IMG/VR virus record: IMGVR_UViG_3300025141_000021
DNA length: 64,000 nucleotides
DNA from: a virus
Strand: one strand, 5' to 3'
The position numbers and the translations under genes were made by a program. A model generated the notes under the pieces. That model did not search any database and was not told the DNA's origin. It saw nothing but the letters and a program-made list of their open reading frames with translations. Shown here piece after piece: positions 48,822 through 57,749 of this stretch. The first letter of the stretch is position 1; every line of letters starts with the position of its first letter.

Positions 48822-49574
48822 CTAAGATTTGTGAATATAATTATTAATTGCTTCGAATATAGCAGATTGGAGATTGACCTCTTCCAACGGACCATGAAGA
48901 TACATGTTATAGTCACTAGAGGAATAACCCAGCTGTTGGAGATCTGTTTCGATAGTCGATTTCCGACGTATCATGGCGCCCATGTCTTCTTTTTCGCCCG
49001 GGGCTAGCTCTAGAGCCGGTACGTCTCCTGGCGCGTCACCTGCCCGGGCATAGCGCATTAGGATATCGCCTAAGTCGTCAGTAACGTCTCTGAGTTGCAT
49101 TACTAGCTGTTCTGCTTCTGGTGTTAAAGCTTTAGGCTCAGCGGGTGATACGGTTGCTTGATGTATAATATCTGCCATGCTGGGGTCCATACCTAACTTT
49201 TGAAATATCTCGCGACCGAATTCAGCGTCTTTTCTTGCAGCGCGGATAATGTTTTCTTGCTCTCTGACTAGTCGCATATGATCGCTCTCGGATGCTATAG
49301 CGGCTAATTGTGCTGGGGACATTTTTTGTGTCTCTTGATTCTCCGGAGGAATTTCGACGCCCTTAAGTCGCATATTGGCTAGCTTATACAGTACCTGACG
49401 GGCGATATCATAATGGGCCATCTCAGCCTCGCGTGAGGCTCCCTGGCGCGCAGACTGTGCAGCATATGGTGATGGGCGCTCTCCGGTCTTCACGTTCCAC
49501 AGAGCTTGTGTCGGGTGTATCTCTTTGAGCACTTCGCGAATCATCATGTCGAGCTGTGATTTGGTCAGTTTCAT
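48822..49574 (-). CDS. IREVL-leader probable virion protein
   Basis: MKLTKSQLDMMIREVL; CTAATTAT upstream. Confidence 0.55.
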   Translation of the reverse strand: MKLTKSQLDMMIREVLKEIHPTQALWNVKTGERPSPYAAQSARQGASREAEMAHYDIARQVLYKLANMRLKGVEIPPENQETQKMSPAQLAAIASESDHMRLVREQENIIRAARKDAEFGREIFQKLGMDPSMADIIHQATVSPAEPKALTPEAEQLVMQLRDVTDDLGDILMRYARAGDAPGDVPALELAPGEKEDMGAMIRRKSTIETDLQQLGYSSSDYNMYLHGPLEEVNLQSAIFEAINNYIHKS

Positions 49575-49763
49575 TGCCTCTATAATTAGTTGTGTCGATT
49601 AGCAAAAGTCACTTATTATTCTGGGAATTTTTTTCAGATATATCGAACGCGTACCTGGTCGCGATCCAGCTCTAGGTTATAGTAGGGACATAGATCCCGG
49701 TAGGTAGGGGGGAGGGGGGGTAGGTGTGTTGTGTTGTTAGTGTTGTTATTAGTATTGCTTTTA

Positions 49764-49922
49764 CTATTGCTTTATACTATTTTTTAATGTGTTCTCGCGC
49801 ATTTTCTCATAGAGGACCTCGGACCCACCTAGGTAGATAACACCTACACCAGCTAACACAATGATAGCATAACACGTAGCTATGCTAGCCTCTATCATTA
49901 GCTTGGTTAACCTTTTCTTCAT
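49764..49922 (-). CDS. 52-aa membrane peptide (not in the ORF track)
   Basis: MKKRLTKLMIEASIATCYAIIVLAGVGVIYLGG... Confidence 0.45.
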   Translation of the reverse strand: MKKRLTKLMIEASIATCYAIIVLAGVGVIYLGGSEVLYEKMRENTLKNSIKQ

Positions 49923-49935
49923 CATTACCCTCGAC

Positions 49936-50074
49936 CGTGAGTATATCGCTCACGTTGTGTGAGTTGCCGGCTCACGTGAGTTGTTTGCTCACGTTGTGTG
50001 AATGTATTGCTCACGTTTATAACCACAATGGCAGATGTTACGCGGCTCACGGTTATACTCACGCTTGCCTCACG
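49936..50074. repeat. cluster of CTCACG repeats
   Basis: CTCACG at 49949, 49971, 49988, 50010, 50046, 50058, 50069; GCTCACGTTGTGTGA occurs twice. Confidence 0.7.
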
Positions 50075-50193
50075 GTTGTTCCCGGTGTATACTAAGTTCA
50101 TACCCCATTTTACCACTGTTCCCCACATTGTTATAGCTTGTGTAACAGTTAATCATATTACTTACCAGTACGGTAGACAGAACCAACACCAAC

Positions 50194-50439
50194 TTATCCC
50201 CCTAGACTTGAAGTGTTGCGGGATATTAACTCTAACTCAAAGTGATAGTGTTTGATCGGCTTGTACTGTGTATCCCACTGAACATGAACGGGGTAAAGTT
50301 TAGTGTTATTGATGTTCACAATGATGCCTATCTTTCCATGTAGGTAATGACGGTCGTTATAATCTCCTTCTACCATGTAAGGATTATCATAACCAACGTA
50401 CTGTACTAAATCACCTATCTTGAGCCTTTCATCTTTCAC
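50194..50439 (-). CDS. SH3/KOW-like small protein
   Basis: LKIGDLV...IGIIV...VHVQW...LELIS. Confidence 0.65.
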   Translation of the reverse strand: MKDERLKIGDLVQYVGYDNPYMVEGDYNDRHYLHGKIGIIVNINNTKLYPVHVQWDTQYKPIKHYHFELELISRNTSSLGG

Positions 50440-50493
50440 CCATGCTCACCCCGTTACTACTAACTATGAGTACCGTGAGCTTAATGTTTTACA

Positions 50494-50721
50494 TTATTGG
50501 TTTTTATGTCCTCGCGATACTAACCTTATCTCGTCAGGGCACTGCCATGTAGCACCAGGGGCGCCCGCGACTTTGCAGCCCAACCAATGTATTTTGATAG
50601 GTGGAAACTCGTGGTCATACCTTCGCATGTCAACGTCTATCACAATGCCCGATGCGAACTCCTCAAAAGCGAGTTGCATATCTACTAGGTCGCCTATCTT
50701 AAAGCTATAGCTAGGAGGCAT
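50494..50721 (-). CDS. SH3/KOW-like small protein
   Basis: FKIGDLV...GIVI...IKIHW...IRLVS. Confidence 0.65.
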   Translation of the reverse strand: MPPSYSFKIGDLVDMQLAFEEFASGIVIDVDMRRYDHEFPPIKIHWLGCKVAGAPGATWQCPDEIRLVSRGHKNQ

Positions 50722-50974
50722 TGGAAAAAATTTCCGTCGAAGTTTCTTGTGAACTCTCGGCACTCGCCAATACCTTCAAGAACCGGGTCTGCCAAAGTGA
50801 TCGGAACCCAGGATGCTGAACAGTGCACATTTCGTATCCACCGTCACAATCCCCATGCTTCTCAACTTCACACCAGACGCTCAAAACAATTCCGGCTCGC
50901 TGTTCTTCTTTTGTTACAAACAAAGTATCCTCGCAGATCACTAAGTCGCCAACTTTAATTTGATTTTCTTGCAT
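50711..50974 (-). CDS. SH3/KOW-like small protein
   Basis: IKVGDLV...GIVL...LKVL. Confidence 0.65.
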   Translation of the reverse strand: MQENQIKVGDLVICEDTLFVTKEEQRAGIVLSVWCEVEKHGDCDGGYEMCTVQHPGFRSLWQTRFLKVLASAESSQETSTEIFSNAS

Positions 50975-51073
50975 GCGAATTACCCTACCTCTCGCATGAC
51001 TAACGGGGTCGATGCCCTTGGCTGGTTTGCCCTGCCCGATCCTTGCATAGACCGCTCACTCACTTAATCAACT

Positions 51074-52396
51074 TTACTTGTCCACTGCGATAACACGCTC
51101 GGAAGTCTGAAAATACGGACGCTCGGCATAATACTTAGTTGTCATCCACATACGCTGGCACTTGCTCGCGATGGGCTTCGGAGCCATGAGATCGGTCAGT
51201 ACGATGTGACCATCGAACCCATGATCGTTGACATACTTCGTCGGAGCGTTAAAGCAAGTGCCGCCGCACATCACACGTTCACGACGACGCTTCTCACCCT
51301 TCTTCCAAACATAAATCTTATCCTCGGCAACGCGAGTATCGAAGGGGATCACCGTGAACTCTGCAAGATCAGCTAGCTTGTTCAACTCCGCGAAGAACAT
51401 AGACAGCATGCTATCGTCAACAGAACCAGACTGGTCAATGCTGATCGCAATCTTCGCCTGTCGTCGTACCTTCTTGCCAGGGTGAATGTAGGGATAACGT
51501 CGGTTGATACGCTTGACAGTGGACTGACGATCAGACCGTTGTGAAGTCTTAATGAAGTAACGCAGAACCTTGCGCCAGTCAATCTTAGTGGCTAGTCGCT
51601 CGATGATTTCCTTACGAATGTCGCCCGGTACGGAACCCCAGCCACCAGACTTAGAGGCTTCTTCCGATGCCTTCTTCAATACGTCCTTCAACCGTTCCTT
51701 AGCAATATCATTCGCCTCGGCATCACCGCCCCACATCGAGTGATCGTCGAACTGACCTTCACCCTGACCTTGACCGTTGCCCTGACCTTGACCGTTGCCC
51801 TCACCTTCGCCTTGACCTTCGCCCTCACCTTCGCCTTCACCTTCGCCTTCACCTTCGCCCTCGTTCTCGGGCAGATTGGCGAGATACCATTCGGCAGTCT
51901 TACCAACGGGCAGATTCGCGAACGGACCTTCGATACCGGGCTTGCAGCAGCCTTCGGGCAGATTCGGCAAGTGCGAGTTAATCGCGAGATCCATCGCGAT
52001 ATTGTGGGCGCGCTGCTCGCCACGGTCCATATCTGCGAATGGCTTGAAGCGGTCGCCTGTTACATGCTCAAAGATGATGTGATAGAACTCGTGCTTGAGA
52101 ACATCGGTTTTCTCGTCGTCCGTCAACTTCGCAAAGAAGTCAGGGTTATACAGCATTTCAAACTGAGCAGTTTCGGGGTTAACCCGAACTCCAGCAGTCG
52201 GAAGTGCGGTCGAGGCTCGCTTATCGATGCGCCGAGACAGTGCCGCGAAAAACGGCTCTTTCATAAGCAGGCGCGCAACGTGAATGTTGAGATTGAACTT
52301 TACAGTTTCCTCGGTTTCCTCGACACCCAAAAGGCTATCAAGTTCGTTATCACTCATATCAGTAATGTCGGTGATGTTCTTTGCGCGCTCGGTCAT
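51074..52396 (-). CDS. DUF2201-like metallopeptidase plus vWA domain protein
   Basis: HEFYHIIFEH, DLAIN, (EG/QG)n linker, IDQSGS MIDAS motif, GGTCF, TD. Confidence 0.88.
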   Translation of the reverse strand: MTERAKNITDITDMSDNELDSLLGVEETEETVKFNLNIHVARLLMKEPFFAALSRRIDKRASTALPTAGVRVNPETAQFEMLYNPDFFAKLTDDEKTDVLKHEFYHIIFEHVTGDRFKPFADMDRGEQRAHNIAMDLAINSHLPNLPEGCCKPGIEGPFANLPVGKTAEWYLANLPENEGEGEGEGEGEGEGEGQGEGEGNGQGQGNGQGQGEGQFDDHSMWGGDAEANDIAKERLKDVLKKASEEASKSGGWGSVPGDIRKEIIERLATKIDWRKVLRYFIKTSQRSDRQSTVKRINRRYPYIHPGKKVRRQAKIAISIDQSGSVDDSMLSMFFAELNKLADLAEFTVIPFDTRVAEDKIYVWKKGEKRRRERVMCGGTCFNAPTKYVNDHGFDGHIVLTDLMAPKPIASKCQRMWMTTKYYAERPYFQTSERVIAVDK

Positions 52397-52402
52397 TTTG
52401 AT

Positions 52403-52461
52403 TCTCCTGGGGCTTCACTGCCCCTACTCTTTAATTATACCAGAATGGCTATAAATTGCAA
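52403..52461 (-). promoter_or_regulatory. promoter plus GGGGC hairpin leader plus SD, copy 1 (others near 53620-53685 and 54483-54541)
   Basis: TTGCAA..TGGTATAATTAAAGAGTAGGGGC..GCCCCAGGAG; core shared by three copies. Confidence 0.7.
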
Positions 52462-52468
52462 GTGTTAT

Positions 52469-52491
52469 AACTTTATTCTCAAATAAAAGTT
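52469..52491. repeat. 23-bp palindrome AACTTTATTnnnnAATAAAAGTT, copy 1 of 8 full copies
   Basis: Other copies at 55517, 56397, 57240, 58694, 59806, 61201, 61864; partial copy at 54549. Confidence 0.85.
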
Positions 52492-52499
52492 TTGGAGTC

Positions 52500-52517
52500 G
52501 GGGGGCTTTCGCCCCCC
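52500..52517 (-). terminator. GC hairpin downstream of the MoxR gene
   Basis: GGGGGGC-GAAA-GCCCCCC; T-rich stretch a few nt downstream. Confidence 0.5.
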
Positions 52518-52533
52518 TCGTCCTGGCTGTTGA

Positions 52534-53610
52534 CTACTCAGGAGCAGTCCCGGTCAGAAGCTCCACGATATACGCGGAGACTGCTTTACCGTCAATAACT
52601 GACTGGTGAAGTCGCGTTACATTCTCGACTGCACCTGAACCCAGGACTGTCCACAACTTCATCGCGACTTCGGAAGGAAGGGTTAGGAAATAACCCGCGA
52701 GGTTGGCAACCTGCTCGTTCTTCAACTCAGCCTTAAAAACTTCGGACTTATCGAACTTATCGACTAGCGCAGAGTGGTCATTGATACCGAACTCGGCAAC
52801 CTTATCAAGCGCACCATCATCGAGAATATCAGTGATCGACACCTGACGACTGTACTCCTTAACGAAGTCGTTGAACTGAACTGCTGCCTCGAAACCAACG
52901 AAGCTAGCAGCAAGGTTGAACACAACGCTGCTAGATTCACCTTCGCGGAGAACATCGGCGCGCACTAGCGTCTGATTAAGACGGTCCCATGACCTACGGG
53001 AAGGATAAACCTTGTTAGGCTCAAAGTCGTCGGAGTGTTCAAGGTGTCCACGATTCTGATTGATGAAGTCCCAAACCAGACCATGAGTGTTGTCCTTCGC
53101 CCACGCTAGCCAATCCTCGATTGTAGGCTCAACGTCGAACACGGTCCAGCGGTCAAGCTCAGCCGGGTCCATTTCGCCCACCTGATACTGAGCGCCATGA
53201 TCACCACCGTTGACGGCAGCAAAGATCACAGTGCGCGGGTGCAGAGTGTGCCCGTTCAGCTTACGCGAGTCGGTCAACTCAAAGATGCCCTGACGAACCT
53301 CGATGGTCGCACGGTCAACCTCGTCGAGAAACAGTGCAACAGGCTCGCGGCATGCTTGAGCAAACCAGTCTGGAGGATTGAAAGAAGTGGTATCACCGTC
53401 AGTGGACGGCAGACCAACAAGGTCGCCCTCGGTCATTTGCGAGGCTCGACGCTCGATCACTGGAAGCCCCAGCCGCTCAGCGGTCTGATACACAACCTGC
53501 GATTTGCCGACACCGTGCCGACCGCGAAGAAGGATAGGAAAGCCCGCGTTGCCGTCTTGTGCGGCGACGATAGGAGCGATCTGAATAAAAGTCTTGAAAT
53601 CAACAGCCAT
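52534..53610 (-). CDS. MoxR-like AAA+ ATPase
   Basis: GRHGVGKS Walker A, LFLDE Walker B, AAVN, DPAELDRW, PSRRSW. Confidence 0.9.
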   Translation of the reverse strand: MAVDFKTFIQIAPIVAAQDGNAGFPILLRGRHGVGKSQVVYQTAERLGLPVIERRASQMTEGDLVGLPSTDGDTTSFNPPDWFAQACREPVALFLDEVDRATIEVRQGIFELTDSRKLNGHTLHPRTVIFAAVNGGDHGAQYQVGEMDPAELDRWTVFDVEPTIEDWLAWAKDNTHGLVWDFINQNRGHLEHSDDFEPNKVYPSRRSWDRLNQTLVRADVLREGESSSVVFNLAASFVGFEAAVQFNDFVKEYSRQVSITDILDDGALDKVAEFGINDHSALVDKFDKSEVFKAELKNEQVANLAGYFLTLPSEVAMKLWTVLGSGAVENVTRLHQSVIDGKAVSAYIVELLTGTAPE

Positions 53611-53737
53611 TGTGATTTATCTCCGTTGTGGGGGCTGAACTGCCCCTACTCTTTAATTATACCAGAAGTGGTGAAAATAGCAAGGATTTAGAAAAGATAT
53701 TGAAATCATTTTTATCGTCCTAAACCCTTGTTATCGT

Positions 53738-54475
53738 TTAGTTTTGGTTTGAAGTTTCGGTTAGCTCGGTTCGACGCTTAGCGAATCGACCATCATCGAA
53801 GGCGTTGTCACTCCACTGCCAACCCTTTGCGTCGTTGTCGAACCAACCTTCGGGAAGCTCAGCGTTGATCCATCCAGCAGGGATACCAGCTTCGATTGCG
53901 CTAGCAGTGACGGGACTGATTACCTCTACTTCGTTATCGTTGTAACCACTCGGAGGGGCCAATACAACTTCTGGTGGGATCGGAAGATCCTGATCCTCGC
54001 CCGGTATGGTAGTCACGCGAACACTCAAAATGCCCCTTCCACCGTGATACTTGTCAGCAATTCGGTGATTCAGTTGTTCCCAATTGATACCAGTGACCAA
54101 TCCGATGTGAGGGCCTTCGACGCGACCCTGACCACTAACGTAGACCGATCCATCGTACTTCACCAGGGCACCAGTGCCCAGACCGATGCTCTTGAACCAT
54201 GCAAGCGCAGCCTTGCGATACTCTCGATTGAGCCGCTGACTGGTTCCCATGTTATTCTTGCGGGTAGCGCAGGTTCGACGGGTGTGACCCCGTTCCTCGC
54301 AGTAGCCGCACTTGCGCCCACCAGCTTCCTTCTGCCGCTCGGACTTTGCCTTGTAGCCGTCAAGCTGACGTTGCGCCCAGGAATCGCCATTCTTAGCGTC
54401 CTGTCGCATTTTCGGGCAACCCCGCTTATTGTGACCCGTATTGTAGCAGTAGCCACATCGCATTGTTCTCGCCAT
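53738..54475 (-). CDS. protein with two CCHC zinc knuckles
   Basis: CGYCYNTGHNKRGC and CGYCEERGHTRRTC. Confidence 0.7.
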   Translation of the reverse strand: MARTMRCGYCYNTGHNKRGCPKMRQDAKNGDSWAQRQLDGYKAKSERQKEAGGRKCGYCEERGHTRRTCATRKNNMGTSQRLNREYRKAALAWFKSIGLGTGALVKYDGSVYVSGQGRVEGPHIGLVTGINWEQLNHRIADKYHGGRGILSVRVTTIPGEDQDLPIPPEVVLAPPSGYNDNEVEVISPVTASAIEAGIPAGWINAELPEGWFDNDAKGWQWSDNAFDDGRFAKRRTELTETSNQN

Positions 54476-54637
54476 TTTCGTATCTCCTGGGGCTTGATTG
54501 CCCCCACTCTTTAATTATACCAGAATGGGCGGCAAATGCAAGCGTTATAACTTTATAGTCAAACTTTAATTAGGGCTGTAAGTTGTTGATTTTGTTGACC
54601 CCGTGCACAAACTTTAATTGCAAGTACTTGATATTAC

Positions 54638-55453
54638 TCACTTCTTGCCACGGAACTTCTTGAGGTGTCGTTCCTCGGTCTGGATCGGCTCGGTGTGCCC
54701 GAACGGCAGAATTGTGTAAGGCTTCGCGCCTCGGGCGGCAGATTTTACCGTGCCCTCGTTCGCGATCACCAGGGCTGGCACAGTCAGTGCAGTTCGATTC
54801 TGGTAGCCAATTGGAGCCTTAGACCTTAGCATCACAGTCGAGCCGACTGAAAACTTTGGCTCGTCAAGAGTTGCCGTCAGCACCTTCTGAGCATACTTGT
54901 TGCCTGTAATGGAATTAAACTGCTTCTCAGTCGGAATAAAAGTCTCGTCACTGAGGATCGTCTCGGCAAGATCGTGAAAGTAGCCAGTCGGCAGGTAGTA
55001 TTCTGCGACAATTCGGGCGCGGGTGCGCTTCTCGTCGTCGTAGCTCGCAACCCAAGTTGCTTTGTTGGCAAGTGCCTCGGGAGTGTGCCTCGCCTCAACC
55101 TTCTCAAGCGCAGACTGTTGACCGGGTGTAAGGTAGCCACGCGAATTAAACTGTTGATGCAGCGAAGTAATAAATTCACGAGTTGAGGCGTTAAGTCCCT
55201 CATTGTCAAGCAGGGCTTGAAGACGCTTGTTCAGCGGATCTTCGGAGCGGGCAGCAACCTCGGCTGCTCGCTGCGCGATGGATTCGGGAGTATACTTCTG
55301 CTCCAGCTTCGTAAGCCACTGACGGCGGCCCGTAGTGAGCCGCTTGTTCTTCTTATAAAAATCAAAGAGAGACTCGGCAAATTTGCGGTCGCCAACGTCC
55401 AGAACTTTAATTGCTAGCAAGTTCTCAAAGCGGTCTGTGATTCGTTGTGCCAT
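54638..55453 (-). CDS. helical-repeat protein with a C-terminal SH3-like domain
   Basis: Repeated LT..Q/R...L.K motif; FSVGSTV...LVI...YTI..EERHLKK. Confidence 0.5.
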   Translation of the reverse strand: MAQRITDRFENLLAIKVLDVGDRKFAESLFDFYKKNKRLTTGRRQWLTKLEQKYTPESIAQRAAEVAARSEDPLNKRLQALLDNEGLNASTREFITSLHQQFNSRGYLTPGQQSALEKVEARHTPEALANKATWVASYDDEKRTRARIVAEYYLPTGYFHDLAETILSDETFIPTEKQFNSITGNKYAQKVLTATLDEPKFSVGSTVMLRSKAPIGYQNRTALTVPALVIANEGTVKSAARGAKPYTILPFGHTEPIQTEERHLKKFRGKK

Positions 55454-55599
55454 GTCTCTTAATCCCTTACCTTCACCTATAGTATATAGGAGTTTGAGGG
55501 CATTGTCAACGTCTAAAACTTTATATTCAAATAAAAGTTAAGACCTCAGACGGTCCCAAATATATAGAAAGCATGCCAATCCGACAATGAATTCAAACA

Positions 55600-55828
55600 T
55601 TAGAAACTTACACCAAACCTTTCAAGTGTGTTAGCGATGCCGGCAAACTGAAAGTTGAGAGCCTCAGCACTACGCTGGTAGACTTCTCTCTCCTGTTCTG
55701 ACAGCGGTCCATCATTGATGCTAGCTTCTAGGCTGGCACCAACCTCCAGAAGTTCTTGAACATGAGCAGCCAGCTTCAGCATCGTGCCGAAGGTGAACGC
55801 ATTAGCTTGAGAAATGTCGAAGGGTGTC
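55600..55828 (-). CDS. hypothetical protein
   Basis: Probable start MTPFDIS after GAGG. Confidence 0.45.
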
Positions 55829-55834
55829 ATTTTG

Positions 55835-56113
55835 TTACCTCGATCCACTGAACGTGTATTGAAACGTCGCGGGGTGCCAAACATCATCGGCAACCGTCTT
55901 TGCGCCATTTACATGACAAGAAGTTGTCACGGATGCAAAGCGTCCACCAGGACTTGTAAAGTCTCCGACAATCTTCGCACGGTCAGCGGTCACACCGATC
56001 TTCAATCCATACGAATACAGATCCGCTCCGTTCGTCGTCAGGTTGCTGTTGTTGGAGTGTGCCTCTTGTCCACAACTCCAGGCGCGAAAGACTCCGCGAT
56101 TATTAGTTCTCAT
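55835..56113 (-). CDS. hypothetical protein
   Basis: Coupled to the upstream gene. Confidence 0.55.
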   Translation of the reverse strand: MRTNNRGVFRAWSCGQEAHSNNSNLTTNGADLYSYGLKIGVTADRAKIVGDFTSPGGRFASVTTSCHVNGAKTVADDVWHPATFQYTFSGSR

Positions 56114-56351
56114 TCTTAATTTCCCTTAATGAAGTTAAAAAGGTTCGATCTGCCAGCAGCACCCTGCCGCCGACAAGAAACTTGTGGTTTACAACGGTTA
56201 CACCGTCGCTGCGATGGATCGGATCTTCACCAAGATAAAGTGCTGGCTTGCGCCACCTTTCCCGCGATTCGCCCGTCAAATGGATATTGTACGTCAGTTC
56301 GTAGAGGCTACCAACCTTCATCGTGTGCCCTAGTGTGCTGTTAACCTTCAT
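56103..56351 (-). CDS. SH3/KOW-like small protein
   Basis: MKVGSLY...ALYLG...LREI. Confidence 0.55.
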   Translation of the reverse strand: MKVNSTLGHTMKVGSLYELTYNIHLTGESRERWRKPALYLGEDPIHRSDGVTVVNHKFLVGGRVLLADRTFLTSLREIKNEN

Positions 56352-56360
56352 CCTGTATAT

Positions 56361-56389
56361 ATTATGCCTGAATCGAGGGAAGAAGTCAA
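56361..56389 (-). promoter_or_regulatory. sigma70-type promoter TTGACT-17-CATAAT (similar at about 55480, 57205, 58658, 59770, 61165, 61828, 62133, 63174)
   Basis: TTGACY -35, 17-bp spacer, YATAAT/TATACT -10 on the minus strand. Confidence 0.8.
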
Positions 56390-56417
56390 GGACCAAAACT
56401 TTATTGTCAAATAAAAG

Positions 56418-56636
56418 TTATCGGGCTTCACTTAAAACCTCCAGCGATTCGGGGTCTTCGTTCGCAAACTCGCCCACTTTCCAATCGAGCCACTGGACGA
56501 CCAAGATTCTGCCGTCACCGTCGTCGTCGTCAAGATTAACAACGATCCCAGGTATGTTATAAGTGCTACCATAACTGCTATCTCGCTCGGAGTTTCGATA
56601 CTCGGCTTCGTACCACACCAGATCACCGACTTTCAC
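56418..56636 (-). CDS. SH3/KOW-like small protein
   Basis: MKVGDLVW...GIVV...VQW...LEVLSEAR. Confidence 0.7.
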   Translation of the reverse strand: MKVGDLVWYEAEYRNSERDSSYGSTYNIPGIVVNLDDDDGDGRILVVQWLDWKVGEFANEDPESLEVLSEAR

Positions 56637-56817
56637 TGAGTAACTCCAAAGTCTCGGGGCTAGTTGCATATATGTCTAAGCTACCGGGGATCATAATATC
56701 TACCATCGTCATCGAAGTACTAATCTCATAAGGCTCCCGAACAACAATGTATCGCGGGCGATCTTCTATCGGAGTGCCCCAGTCGGGAGTGAATGTCACC
56801 AAATCACCGACTTTCAT
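56623..56817 (-). CDS. SH3/KOW-like small protein
   Basis: MKVGDLV...LELLSESR; 14-nt overlap. Confidence 0.7.
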   Translation of the reverse strand: MKVGDLVTFTPDWGTPIEDRPRYIVVREPYEISTSMTMVDIMIPGSLDIYATSPETLELLSESR

Positions 56818-57004
56818 CTTGAACCTCCGTAATCCAGGCGCAGACACCACTTTCTAGTAAGTTGTTCATCGTCAGTACTGCGCTCCGTCTGGATGTTACA
56901 TCCCAAGATCGACGCTCACCAGCATGCTCGCCGGAAGTCCATAGCGCATGAACCATATAATTCAACTTCATTGGCTCAATGATAATATGCCTTTTGTTAT
57001 TCAT
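56804..57004 (-). CDS. hypothetical protein ending in the junction motif
   Basis: MNNKRH...EVQDESR. Confidence 0.55.
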   Translation of the reverse strand: MNNKRHIIIEPMKLNYMVHALWTSGEHAGERRSWDVTSRRSAVLTMNNLLESGVCAWITEVQDESR

Positions 57005-57197
57005 AAAGTTCGATCTCATACGCATCGACGTAGGGAAGGATTGTGCCCGCCTCGTTGTAATCCGTATCGGTCAAAAGTAATACTCGGAAGATCATCGCGG
57101 GCTGAGACTCGTAGGCATCAACAGCAAGAACTTGACCAATCGCGCCCCTCCTCATGGATTCGTCCACAAATCTAACCATAGTGCCAACCTCAACCAT
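56997..57197 (-). CDS. SH3/KOW-like small protein
   Basis: MVEVGTMV...GQVL...IEL. Confidence 0.6.
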   Translation of the reverse strand: MVEVGTMVRFVDESMRRGAIGQVLAVDAYESQPAMIFRVLLLTDTDYNEAGTILPYVDAYEIELYE

Positions 57198-57313
57198 ACC
57201 TATATTATGCCTGAGTCTAGCCCGAAAGTCAATGACCAAAACTTTATTGTCAAATGAAATTTCACCAGCTAAGTCATTGATATTGCAGCCGGGACAGTTA
57301 TGGGCAGCCTACT

Positions 57314-57541
57314 TTAATTGCAAGCCCTTGATATTATTACGAAATTGCTGGCTCGCTGAGTTTTGGGTCTACCATTCATGGCATTTATGCCATGAACCTT
57401 AATGCACTGTGAACGTCGATCAATCTCGACGTTCTTCGCTAGCGAGTACCACGCCTCGATTACAAGCCAAACAGGTTGATGCTCGTCAAACATATGATGT
57501 TTGAACTTCACCAGATCACCAACTTTAATTGGTTCAAGCAT
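57314..57541 (-). CDS. SH3/KOW-like small protein
   Basis: IKVGDLV...FVIIS. Confidence 0.65.
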   Translation of the reverse strand: MLEPIKVGDLVKFKHHMFDEHQPVWLVIEAWYSLAKNVEIDRRSQCIKVHGINAMNGRPKTQRASNFVIISRACN

Positions 57542-57749
57542 GCTCTGCCCTCGCTATAACGTCAACCGAATCGCGCCGAACGTAAGAAAGCCCGGAAGAA
57601 GCCGCTGCCGAAGGATGACGCGCGCCGTCGCGGCGGGCGAACAGCCGAACATAAAGGTGAATCCCCTCGCAACGCTCAACGATACCCGCGCAGTCCATTT
57701 CAACGGGTACTCGTACAAGATCCCCAACCTTCGGAGCTTTACGCCTCAT
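57534..57749 (-). CDS. SH3/KOW-like small protein
   Basis: PKVGDLV...GIV...VDVIA. Confidence 0.65.
   Translation of the reverse strand: MRRKAPKVGDLVRVPVEMDCAGIVERCEGIHLYVRLFARRDGARHPSAAASSGLSYVRRDSVDVIARAEHA

Noticed and set aside
51688-52486. Long alternative ORFs 51740-52486 (+) and 51688-52023 (-)
   Set aside because: Shadows of the EG/QG low-complexity linker in the vWA gene
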